A stretch of 19,430 nt of DNA from a virus (lineage: Duplodnaviria; Heunggongvirae; Uroviricota; Caudoviricetes). The DNA lies in the IMG/VR virus record IMGVR_UViG_2920292642_000002, positions 1 through 19,430 of that record; one strand, 5' to 3'. Numbering within the stretch: position 1 is the first letter of the stretch; the number at the start of each line of letters is the position of its first letter. The notes beneath the pieces are model-generated. The model did not search any database. It saw only the letters and a list, made by a program, of their open reading frames with translations, and had not been told where the DNA came from. Positions 1 to 6,879 of the stretch are shown in pieces. Position numbers and translations under genes: made by a program.

Positions 1-324
1 ATGGCCACCGTCAAGGTCGACAACAGCAACTTCCAGTCCGACGTGATTGAGGCCGATGCCCCGGTCGTGGTGGATTTCTGGGCCGAGTGGTGCGGTCCGT
101 GCAAGATGATCGGCCCGTCGCTCGAGGAGATCTCGACCGAGCTGGAAGGCAGGGTGAAGATCGCCAAACTGAACATCGACGAGAACCCGGAACTCGCGGC
201 GCGCTATGGCGTGCGCTCGATCCCCACCCTGCTCCTGTTCAAGGGCGGCGAAGTGGCCGACATGAAGGTGGGTGCCGCGCCGAAAACCGCGCTTTCGCAC
301 TGGATCAAGGACGCCGTCGCCTAA
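1..324 (+). CDS. trxA: Thioredoxin 1 (host)
   Basis: 107 aa with the WCGPC active site in [13 protein letters not shown], plus the SIPT cis-Pro motif. Confidence 0.98.
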   Translation: MATVKVDNSNFQSDVIEADAPVVVDFWAEWCGPCKMIGPSLEEISTELEGRVKIAKLNIDENPELAARYGVRSIPTLLLFKGGEVADMKVGAAPKTALSHWIKDAVA

Positions 325-364
325 GCAGAGCTTTCCAGCCACCCGGCTCGGGCGGGCTGATGTG

Positions 365-401
365 ATAAAAACCCCGTCCGATCTGGGCGGGGTTTTTATT
401 T
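365..401 (+). terminator. Intrinsic terminator after trxA
   Basis: ATAAAAACCCCGTCC-gatct-GGGCGGGGTTTTTAT followed by TT; GC stem with a T-tract, and an A-tract on the other side. Confidence 0.9.
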
Positions 402-485
402 GTGAGGCCGCCGTCTGTTTCTCCACAGGCCCGCTCAGCAAGCCGCCGTCCACGACGGTCCGCGTAATCGATCCGCACTTTTCCT

Positions 486-514
486 CTGACAGAAATGGCG
501 CGACGGTATAGAAG
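486..514 (+). promoter_or_regulatory. Possible sigma70 promoter for the tRNA
   Basis: CTGACA (486-491) with TATAGA (507-512, 15-nt spacer) or TAGAAG (509-514, 17-nt spacer), ~40 nt upstream of the tRNA. Confidence 0.35.
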
Positions 515-553
515 GCTCGTGCCGGCCGCGCTCGTTTCGCGCTCCCCCGGCCT

Positions 554-630
554 GCGCTCGTAGCTCAATCGGATAGAGCACCGGACTTCGAATCCGTAGG
601 TTGCAGGTTCAAGTCCTGCCGAGCGCGCCA
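554..630 (+). tRNA. tRNA-Arg, anticodon UCG; likely prophage integration site
   Basis: Acceptor GCGCTCG/CGAGCGC, D arm GCTC/GAGC, anticodon arm CCGGA-CTTCGAA-TCCGT (TCG at 588-590), T arm GCAGG-TTCAAGT-CCTGC, discriminator G, encoded CCA (628-630). Confidence 0.95.
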
Positions 631-673
631 AAAAATGAAGCAAGATCAATCACTTACCGCACCGCCGAAGAGA

Positions 674-736
674 CGGTTTTGCATGGATTGACCGCCATGC
701 AAAAATATGCAAAGCGATGCAAAACCGGTTTTGCAT
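674..736. repeat. Cluster of five ATGCAAA/TTTGCAT motifs including a perfect 20-bp palindrome; putative integrase arm-type or accessory sites
   Basis: CGGTTTTGCAT 674-684, ATGCAAAAA 697-705, ATGCAAAG 707-714, ATGCAAAACCGGTTTTGCAT 717-736. Confidence 0.7.
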
Positions 737-748
737 AGGGAACTCCGA

Positions 749-2020
749 ATGAGGTTCACCGGCCCGTATCCGTACCCCGTCAAGAATGGGCAGAAGTGGC
801 GCGTCACCTGCTATCCGGACGAGGGTAAATCCTTCAGCCGAAGCTTCGCCACCAAGGCCCTCGGCGAGAAATTCATGCGCGACAGTCTCGTCGTGACTGG
901 TATTCAGGCCGTGGCCGAGAGGACCGATCGACCACTCGATGACGTGATCGACATGGCGGTCGAGCAGGGCTCATTCGCCAGCCGCGCGCCGATCGATCGC
1001 GTCCTCGACAAACTCCACTCGAATCGGACGCTGCCGCTACCCAAGCTGGTCGAGATGTTCATCGAGGCCAAGGAGAAGGGCCATGACGGAAAGACCCCTC
1101 GGCGCGAGACCACGGTGGCCCGCTATAGTGAGCGCCTGAAGGTGTTCACGGACTTCTTTGAGGGCCGGTCATTGGCGTCGATCACGAAAGACGACATGCG
1201 CGCCTTCCGCACCCATCTGCTCTCAACCCGCAAGACGCGCAATGCCGCGCGCAATCACCTGCGCATGGTCTCGATCTTCTACAACCACCTGATCGACGAA
1301 CTTGACATGCGCATCGCCAATCCGTGCAAGAAGATCACGATCGAGCTTTCCAAGGACAAGGACCCGGCCGAGGTCTCCGAGGAGGAAATCTACACCGACG
1401 ACGAGATCGAGAAGCTGGTCAAGGTGCTGGAGACCCGCATAGAGCGGACGAACTCCCTCTACTTCAATACCGGTGGCGGCATCAAAGGCCGGGCGGCGCT
1501 GCGCGATGCTCTTCTGATCTCAACCCTGATCTATGCCGGCCTACGCATCGGCGAGGCTCTGGCGCTCGAATGGGATGACATCGACATGGAGCGGCGGGTG
1601 ATCAATGTCACCAAGACGCTGACACGCTTCATGAAGGTGCAACCGGTGAAGACCAAGGCCGGCCGGCGCGTCGTCGTGATCCCGCTGCCTGTCCTCGATC
1701 TACTGAAGCGGTGGCGCATGCGGACCAATCATCCGGTCGTCTTCACCACGGTCGAGGGAAACTACATCGAGCACACCAACGCCCTGAAGATGTGGAAGCT
1801 GGTCGTGAAAGAGGCCGGTGTGCCCTATCATAATCCACACAAAGCGCGGCACTGGTTCGCGTCGAAACTCATCGACAAGGGCTATGACGATCACCGGTTG
1901 ACAGACATGATCGGCCACGAGGACATCTCGTTCACGCGGCGCGTCTATGGTCACCTGCTCAACAAGCGTACACGCATCGAGAAGGACGTGAAGGACATCG
2001 ACAAGGTGTTTCCGGGTTGA
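749..2020 (+). CDS. int: Phage tyrosine integrase (ORF opens at 707; 749 is the preferred start)
   Basis: Catalytic set: GLRIGE (R), VTKT (K), HKARH (HxxR), IGHED (H), VYGH (Y). N-terminal arm-binding-like segment (KWRVTCY...SRSFATK). GGGA RBS 7 nt before ATG 749. Confidence 0.95.
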   Translation: MRFTGPYPYPVKNGQKWRVTCYPDEGKSFSRSFATKALGEKFMRDSLVVTGIQAVAERTDRPLDDVIDMAVEQGSFASRAPIDRVLDKLHSNRTLPLPKLVEMFIEAKEKGHDGKTPRRETTVARYSERLKVFTDFFEGRSLASITKDDMRAFRTHLLSTRKTRNAARNHLRMVSIFYNHLIDELDMRIANPCKKITIELSKDKDPAEVSEEEIYTDDEIEKLVKVLETRIERTNSLYFNTGGGIKGRAALRDALLISTLIYAGLRIGEALALEWDDIDMERRVINVTKTLTRFMKVQPVKTKAGRRVVVIPLPVLDLLKRWRMRTNHPVVFTTVEGNYIEHTNALKMWKLVVKEAGVPYHNPHKARHWFASKLIDKGYDDHRLTDMIGHEDISFTRRVYGHLLNKRTRIEKDVKDIDKVFPG

Positions 2021-2025
2021 GTGCA

Positions 2026-2055
2026 GAAAGGCCCGGAGTATGTCCGGGCCTTTTC
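2026..2055. terminator. Bidirectional terminator between int and the convergent early operon
   Basis: AAAGGCCCGGA-gtatg-TCCGGGCCTTT perfect 11-bp inverted repeat, lying between the int stop (2020) and the minus-strand stop at 2057. Confidence 0.9.
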
Positions 2056-2056
2056 G

Positions 2057-2311
2057 CTAGTCGTTCCATTTCAGCCAAGTGCTGAGGGAGTCGTAGAAGA
2101 CCTCGGAGTCTCGCTCCATGTGGAAGTCCGGCTTGAAGGCGTCCGGCCACCAGTCGACGCCGTGCGTGTCCCGGCTGTACTCCCGGTAGGCGGCGTAGGC
2201 GTCGTTCTCGGAGAGATCGAAGCCGTCCTTGTGCGCCATGGCGACGATGCGCTGCACGTCGGCCTGACGCTCATCCGGCACCGGCAACTCGAAATACATT
2301 GGTGTCAGCAT
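2057..2311 (-). CDS. Hypothetical phage protein (84 aa, MLTPMYFELP...)
   Basis: C-terminal part of the 200-aa ORF; ATG 2311 overlaps the upstream gene's TGA (2305-2307). Confidence 0.7.
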   Translation of the reverse strand: MLTPMYFELPVPDERQADVQRIVAMAHKDGFDLSENDAYAAYREYSRDTHGVDWWPDAFKPDFHMERDSEVFYDSLSTWLKWND

Positions 2312-2640
2312 AGGCCTTGGTCCATCTTGGAGATCGCCTGCTTCATCCGCACACACTCGCGGAAGCGTTTCATGAACAGGCGACTCAGGTTGTCGTCGGA
2401 TCGGTAGATCGACCAGTCCGACTCGTACATTGAACCCTCGGAGATGATCATGCAGTCCGGCCCTTGGTGTTCGACCCAGAATATGCCGACACCGAAGATG
2501 AAATTCCAGACTCCATGTGCCCACGAGGTCGTGGCTTCGTAGGAGAGGTAGACCCTCTCCTTGAACACGACCCACGTGGCCGTCTCGTGCTCCAATAGGT
2601 CCAACGCGTCTTCGAGAGGCGTCGGCTCCACGTAGCTCAT
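2305..2640 (-). CDS. Hypothetical phage protein (111 aa, Trp/Tyr-rich)
   Basis: ATGA overlap with the upstream gene at 2637-2640; protein-like composition. Confidence 0.75.
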   Translation of the reverse strand: MSYVEPTPLEDALDLLEHETATWVVFKERVYLSYEATTSWAHGVWNFIFGVGIFWVEHQGPDCMIISEGSMYESDWSIYRSDDNLSRLFMKRFRECVRMKQAISKMDQGLC

Positions 2641-2873
2641 TCGAGCACGTCACCGCCAAACTGCTCGATGAAGGTCTGCATGTCGCCGGCCGAGCGGAAG
2701 CTGTAGAGGGTCAGGCGCTCGTCGGTGATGGGGCTCATCTGGATATCCATGTCGATCGACGACGGCCGGGCCTGCGCGATCGGCCGCGTGCAGTGGAAGC
2801 GATAACCCTGCCCGTCGAGGGCGCGGGCTCGGGTTTTCGTGAGACCAACGGTCCGGATGTGAGGGCTAGACAT
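2637..2873 (-). CDS. Hypothetical phage protein (78 aa)
   Basis: AGGAG RBS upstream of ATG 2873; coupled to the downstream gene. Confidence 0.75.
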   Translation of the reverse strand: MSSPHIRTVGLTKTRARALDGQGYRFHCTRPIAQARPSSIDMDIQMSPITDERLTLYSFRSAGDMQTFIEQFGGDVLE

Positions 2874-2884
2874 TTTCGTCTCCT

Positions 2885-2901
2885 GTTAAGAATTTCTGGA
2901 C
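2885..2901. promoter_or_regulatory. 17-bp pseudo-palindromic operator-like motif, copy 1
   Basis: GTTAAGAATTTCTGGAC, intergenic, immediately upstream of the AGGAG RBS on the minus strand. Confidence 0.75.
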
Positions 2902-2913
2902 AGTACGGCCGAA

Positions 2914-3270
2914 CTAAAACCCGAGTTCCTTGGCGGCGCTGTCGATCGCGGTGAAGAGGTCACCTTCCACATAGATAGTGGTGTTACGCTCGTCGGCCCA
3001 GTTACCGCAGGCGAGTTCGACGATCAGGCCAGCGAGTTTACCGGCTGCTGCCTTGTTCTCGATCTGGTCGACGATCGTCTCGTCATCGGTGTTGCTGTCG
3101 ACGCCGATCTCCATGTCGCTCACGATCTGGTCATCCGACTCGATGCTGGAGATGAACTCCCCATAAGCTCTGTTGAATTGTCCCTCGATCGCGGCGAGGC
3201 CGGGGATGAAGATGTTGTCGACGCGGACGCCGCGTTCGCGTAGTGCGATGATCTGTTCGTGTGTGAGCAT
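2914..3270 (-). CDS. Hypothetical acidic phage protein (118 aa)
   Basis: TGATG overlap at 3270; in the operon. Confidence 0.8.
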   Translation of the reverse strand: MLTHEQIIALRERGVRVDNIFIPGLAAIEGQFNRAYGEFISSIESDDQIVSDMEIGVDSNTDDETIVDQIENKAAAGKLAGLIVELACGNWADERNTTIYVEGDLFTAIDSAAKELGF

Positions 3271-3455
3271 CAGAGTACCTTTTCCGCGAGCGTCCGTACC
3301 AGCACCCGCAATTCGTAGAAGTTTCTGGCCTCGTCGATGGCCATCAGAATCCGTTGCTTCTCGACCCGGCGCTTGGCCTCGAAGATGCTGATCCCTTCCC
3401 GCGCGCGCAGGTCCTTGACCTGCTGCACGTCAATCTGCGACACGAGAGCCGACAT
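3270..3455 (-). CDS. Small helical protein (61 aa) with weak EF-Ts N-terminal / bL12 CTD-like resemblance
   Basis: GGAG RBS; segment QVKDLRAREGISIFEAKRRVE. Confidence 0.7.
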   Translation of the reverse strand: MSALVSQIDVQQVKDLRAREGISIFEAKRRVEKQRILMAIDEARNFYELRVLVRTLAEKVL

Positions 3456-3732
3456 CCTGCGGCTCCGCCCCGATGCTCTTCAGATTGGCCCAGCACGTTG
3501 GCCCGACGTAGAAGGTGCCGCTGACCGGGTCCCGGACGTAGCCGGCATCTGGGACGACTACGAACGGGATGCCGGTGATGTCCGGCATCCTCATGTCTGT
3601 ACCGAGGATGCAGGGACCACCAACACCGGGCAATTCGATCTCGTTGGCCACCAGTTCATCAGGAACGCCATAGCGCACGCCGCGCAGCGGGCTCTCGCGA
3701 GGCGGAGGAAGGTCCCTGCAAGGATTCTTCAT
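3430..3732 (-). CDS. Hypothetical phage protein (100 aa, MKNPCRD...)
   Basis: ATG 3732 forms an ATGA overlap with the stop of 3729-4151. Confidence 0.65.
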   Translation of the reverse strand: MKNPCRDLPPPRESPLRGVRYGVPDELVANEIELPGVGGPCILGTDMRMPDITGIPFVVVPDAGYVRDPVSGTFYVGPTCWANLKSIGAEPQDVGSRVAD

Positions 3733-4151
3733 GCTGCTTCCTTCTCCGTGACCCGCGACCGAACCCACGCGTGGAAGTCCATGCGCCTGATGCGCACACA
3801 ATCGTCCGGCCGGTAGACCTCGTGTGAGTAGCCGCGCTCTGGAAAGTGGAAGCGGGCGTAACGCTCGACCGACACTTTCAAGAGTTCGTAGTTCATGTTG
3901 ATCAACTGGACGCAGTCCTTGACGCTGAACCAGTTGCATAGACCTTCGAGGGAATCGGTGACGCTGAGCCATCGGCTCTTGAACGCACGGAAATAGGGAT
4001 GTGGTCCCATCGGCAAGTCGGCAGCCTTCGCACCATCTAGTGTGTAGATGGTGTTCACTGGCCTCGCTTCACCGTCATACCAGAGGCCGCGCCAGTCCTC
4101 ACGACGGCCGACGCGATAGAGCTTGGCCGGAGCCTCGATCAGTTCAATCAT
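3729..4151 (-). CDS. Hypothetical phage protein (140 aa), possible ADP-ribosyltransferase-like fold
   Basis: ATGA coupling at both ends; LYRV / WLSVTDS / HEV pattern. The confidence refers to the CDS; the function is speculative. Confidence 0.8.
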   Translation of the reverse strand: MIELIEAPAKLYRVGRREDWRGLWYDGEARPVNTIYTLDGAKAADLPMGPHPYFRAFKSRWLSVTDSLEGLCNWFSVKDCVQLINMNYELLKVSVERYARFHFPERGYSHEVYRPDDCVRIRRMDFHAWVRSRVTEKEAA

Positions 4152-4906
4152 ATTGTCTCACTCTCCCCTGTATCGACAAGCTTCTCGAACTCGGTGACCT
4201 GCTCCAGAGCACTCTTCAGCGAGTAGGAGAGGTAAGAAATTCTTGACACGATGTCGTCGACTTTCTGGCCCAAGGCAAACTGCTTCTTGGCCGTGGTGTC
4301 GTCGTAGACCGTGTTCAGGTCGATGCCGGCCTTCTCCAGCGTGCGAACCTTCTCCAGCACCTTCTCGGCCTCGCGAGCGCGAAACGTGACAGCGCGCTCG
4401 ACCCGAGCCTCGTATTGCTTCTCAAGCTCGGCCGTCTTCAGCCGCACCGCCGCTTCGACCTCGCCGGCATCGACCTCGCTGGCGCGCCGCAGCATCGCCG
4501 CCACGAAGTTCCGGTTGAGCGGCGTGACCGTGTCCAGATTCTTCTTCGGTGCCGGCTTCTTCACCCGCAACGACCCGTTCGGCAGGACCTCCATATGACC
4601 CCAAAGCGCCGGAAGCTCGTGTGCCTGTACGATGTTCTCGGGCGAAACGATCCACCACTTGTCGCAATACTGGGCGACCGCCTCGGCCTTCTCAGGCAAG
4701 GACAGTTCGCGCCGCCAGTCCGACCGGGAGACCTTGATCTCGAACCCCTCGATCAGGAGCCCGCGTGACGGCCACAGGTTCATGACGACAGCATCCGCAT
4801 GCCGGCGCGCGTTCGCTCCGGTCCCGTTACTGACCTCGAACATGAGTGCGTATTCACGCGGGTTGAAATAGCGGCGCAGTGCCGCCTTCACGTCACCGGT
4901 TCGCAT
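4148..4906 (-). CDS. MmcB-like PD-(D/E)XK nuclease with C-terminal coiled coil
   Basis: FEV...RHADAVVMNLWPSRG...GFEIKVSRSDWRRE...CDKWWIV motif pattern. Confidence 0.8.
   Translation of the reverse strand: MRTGDVKAALRRYFNPREYALMFEVSNGTGANARRHADAVVMNLWPSRGLLIEGFEIKVSRSDWRRELSLPEKAEAVAQYCDKWWIVSPENIVQAHELPALWGHMEVLPNGSLRVKKPAPKKNLDTVTPLNRNFVAAMLRRASEVDAGEVEAAVRLKTAELEKQYEARVERAVTFRAREAEKVLEKVRTLEKAGIDLNTVYDDTTAKKQFALGQKVDDIVSRISYLSYSLKSALEQVTEFEKLVDTGESETI
4231..4247. promoter_or_regulatory. Operator-like motif, copy 2 (inside a CDS)
   Basis: GGTAAGAAATTCTTGAC(ACG); encoded by AT-rich codons (TCA AGA ATT TCT) in a GC-rich gene. Confidence 0.5.
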
Positions 4907-5234
4907 CGATCGCCTTCATGGCAAGGGTGACAAGATGCGGCAGCGGCGTCGTGACAGGAGCGATTGCAAGCGGCGGACGCGGATTCTCGGTCTTCCCGGA
5001 GATGATGATCGGAGGAAGCTCTTTCGAGGCTACGCAATACTTGACGACGCGCTTGTTCTTTGCTTCACGCCGGACCAGATTGAGTCCCACGAGTTTCCGC
5101 AGCGGACGCATCACCGAGGATGCCGCGACCTCATAATCGAAGCCCATATCCTGACCGATGTCGCTCGGACTCATCGGTCCCTTATCGCGCAGCCTATACA
5201 GGACGCGCGCCTGAAATTCATTGAGGATGATCAT
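4893..5234 (-). CDS. Winged-helix (MarR-like) DNA-binding protein (113 aa)
   Basis: QARVLYRLRDKGPMSPSDIGQDMG...SVMRPLRKLVGLNLVRR; ATG 5234 lies 1 nt after the dut stop. Confidence 0.75.
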   Translation of the reverse strand: MIILNEFQARVLYRLRDKGPMSPSDIGQDMGFDYEVAASSVMRPLRKLVGLNLVRREAKNKRVVKYCVASKELPPIIISGKTENPRPPLAIAPVTTPLPHLVTLAMKAIDANR

Positions 5235-5235
5235 G

Positions 5236-5673
5236 TCAGCGCCCCGTCGAACCGAAGCCGCCCTCTCCACGCTGGGATTCCGGCAAGTCGGCGGTTTCCT
5301 CGAACTCGGCATCGGCGTAACTCTCGAAGATCGCCTGCGCGATCTTATCACCGTGCTTGATCGTGAGCGGGACGGTGCCCGTGTTGAGGAGGATTACGCC
5401 GATATCACCCCGGTAGCTCGGGTCGACGACGCCGGCCAGAACGTCGATGCCGCTCTTGTAGGCAAGGCCGCTGCGTGGTGCGATGCGCATGTACCAGCCC
5501 GGCTCGAACGCCATGGACAGGCCGGTTGGAAACAGCTTGCGCGTGCCCGGATATAGCGTGACCTCGCCACCGAGGCCAAGGTCGGCACAGATGTCATATC
5601 CGGCCGCGTCGGGCTCGCTCTTCTTCGGAAGGATTGCAGTCGGGGAATTTCGCCGAACCAGAACTCTAAGCAT
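5236..5673 (-). CDS. dut: Trimeric dUTPase
   Basis: All five motifs: AGYDI, IAPRSG, GVVDPSYRG, GDKIAQ, RGEGGFGSTG. Confidence 0.98.
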   Translation of the reverse strand: MLRVLVRRNSPTAILPKKSEPDAAGYDICADLGLGGEVTLYPGTRKLFPTGLSMAFEPGWYMRIAPRSGLAYKSGIDVLAGVVDPSYRGDIGVILLNTGTVPLTIKHGDKIAQAIFESYADAEFEETADLPESQRGEGGFGSTGR

Positions 5674-6826
5674 GGATACGTTGACCTTTCACAATGTGCC
5701 GGGGGGCGGTCTTCATGATATCGGTGGGATCGCTTGGGTCGGTCATCATCACCGGGTGTGCAGCCAGTTCGACAAGAGCCTGATTGGGCTCGAAGACGCT
5801 GTCGAAAACGAACCCGTTGGCGGCGAGCGGGAAGGGAATATCCGTCCGCTCACCAGTCACGATGACTGCTGGCGACCTTGTCTCGATGCTGATGATACGG
5901 GCGATCTTTTCGGGGCGGAAAGGTCCGGGGACGCTTCCCTCCGAACGGTAGTCCCTAAGTAAACCGATTCTTGCGGCTATGGTTAGGGCTTCGTTAGTAA
6001 ACGCGAGGACATGTCCTCTGACCCGATCTTTCGGAGCTTTATCCGAGGCTACCTCCATGTTGGTTGTGATTCCGAAACGGAGTTCCAGCATCTCAGCGAT
6101 TCGCTGGACGGTATCGAGAGACCGGTGTCTGATGATAGCGTTTCTGTCGTCGATCATGGCTCCGTTGATGAGCCCGAACGCAAACGCCCACGAGGCCTCT
6201 CGTGAGAGAGACATCAGATCAACTCGGAGTTGCTGGGTTTTCGGCTCGATCAACCAACTTGCTGCTCTTGTCAACGTTCGCGACTTCACGAAAACGAGAG
6301 CAGTTGATTCGGTTTTGGTTCGCCGGATGGTAGGACGATAGGCGCGGCCGACACTTCCGTGGCCTTCCTGATCCGCGACAGTAAGTAGGAAATTTGCGAC
6401 ATCGTCGGCGACACTGCCCTCGACCAGAGTCATGTTGCTCGGCCGCTGCCGGTCGGTCGAATGCGTCCCGGAGGCGCAGATCATTCCAGTGAGTGCAAAA
6501 CGCCGGATGTCCTCCTTGATCTGACCCGCCAGAGGCGCGGCCCAATCCAGCAGCGGGGGATTCGCTGCGAAGGCGTCATCGATCGGAACGTATCGGATCA
6601 GGCGACCATCCGGCGTCTTGCGGAGAGCGAAGACCGACTCTGGGGTGAGAGTCAATCGTGCGCCGCTCTCCGTCTCGATGGTGAAAAGCGGCTGCTTCGT
6701 CGCCATCGCTTGGATGCGAACCCCACCTTCCAGCAGCCCCGGCTCGGTGCCGCTGCGGTAGCTCAGAGAGCCGTCCGCAGCTTGGTCGAGGAAGCGAGTC
6801 TCGCTATGGAAGATGGGGTTCAACAT
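5666..6826 (-). CDS. Free-standing degenerate intein-like protein (HINT + LAGLIDADG), 386 aa
   Basis: Intein-like blocks in the correct order: A IFHSETRFLDQAADG, B FTIETESGARLTLTPESVF, C ALTGMICASG, E AFAFGLINGA, H RSLDTVQRIAEMLELRFGI, F IARIISIET, G LAANGFVFDS. Start 6826 is preferred over 6910 because a promoter lies at 6834-6862. Its stop overlaps the dut start by 8 nt. Confidence 0.8.
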   Translation of the reverse strand: MLNPIFHSETRFLDQAADGSLSYRSGTEPGLLEGGVRIQAMATKQPLFTIETESGARLTLTPESVFALRKTPDGRLIRYVPIDDAFAANPPLLDWAAPLAGQIKEDIRRFALTGMICASGTHSTDRQRPSNMTLVEGSVADDVANFLLTVADQEGHGSVGRAYRPTIRRTKTESTALVFVKSRTLTRAASWLIEPKTQQLRVDLMSLSREASWAFAFGLINGAMIDDRNAIIRHRSLDTVQRIAEMLELRFGITTNMEVASDKAPKDRVRGHVLAFTNEALTIAARIGLLRDYRSEGSVPGPFRPEKIARIISIETRSPAVIVTGERTDIPFPLAANGFVFDSVFEPNQALVELAAHPVMMTDPSDPTDIMKTAPRHIVKGQRIHA

Positions 6827-6833
6827 GTCCGCA

Positions 6834-6862
6834 TGCCTAGAGGTTCTGGACCTCTGTGTCAA
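6834..6862 (-). promoter_or_regulatory. Sigma70 promoter of the intein-like gene (leaderless), with motif copy 3 (6835-6851) overlapping the spacer and -10
   Basis: TTGACA-N17(CAGAGGTCCAGAACCTC)-TAGGCA; ATG is 7 nt downstream of the -10 and no SD is present. Confidence 0.7.
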
Positions 6863-6874
6863 GCGTTTCTTAAC
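6858..6874. promoter_or_regulatory. Operator-like motif, copy 4, overlapping the -35
   Basis: GTCAAGCGTTTCTTAAC, 6 nt from copy 3. Confidence 0.6.
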
Positions 6875-6879
6875 GAAGA

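Noticed and set aside
1-324. Functional link between host trxA and the phage thioredoxin-dependent RNR
   Set aside because: Adjacency is explained by the tRNA target site; trxA is terminated before the att region.
305-649. 114-aa minus-strand ORF over the tRNA
   Set aside because: Antisense reading of the tRNA and terminator.
707-748. N-terminal extension of the integrase from ATG 707
   Set aside because: That ATG is part of the TGCAAA repeat cluster; ATG 749 has a better-placed RBS.
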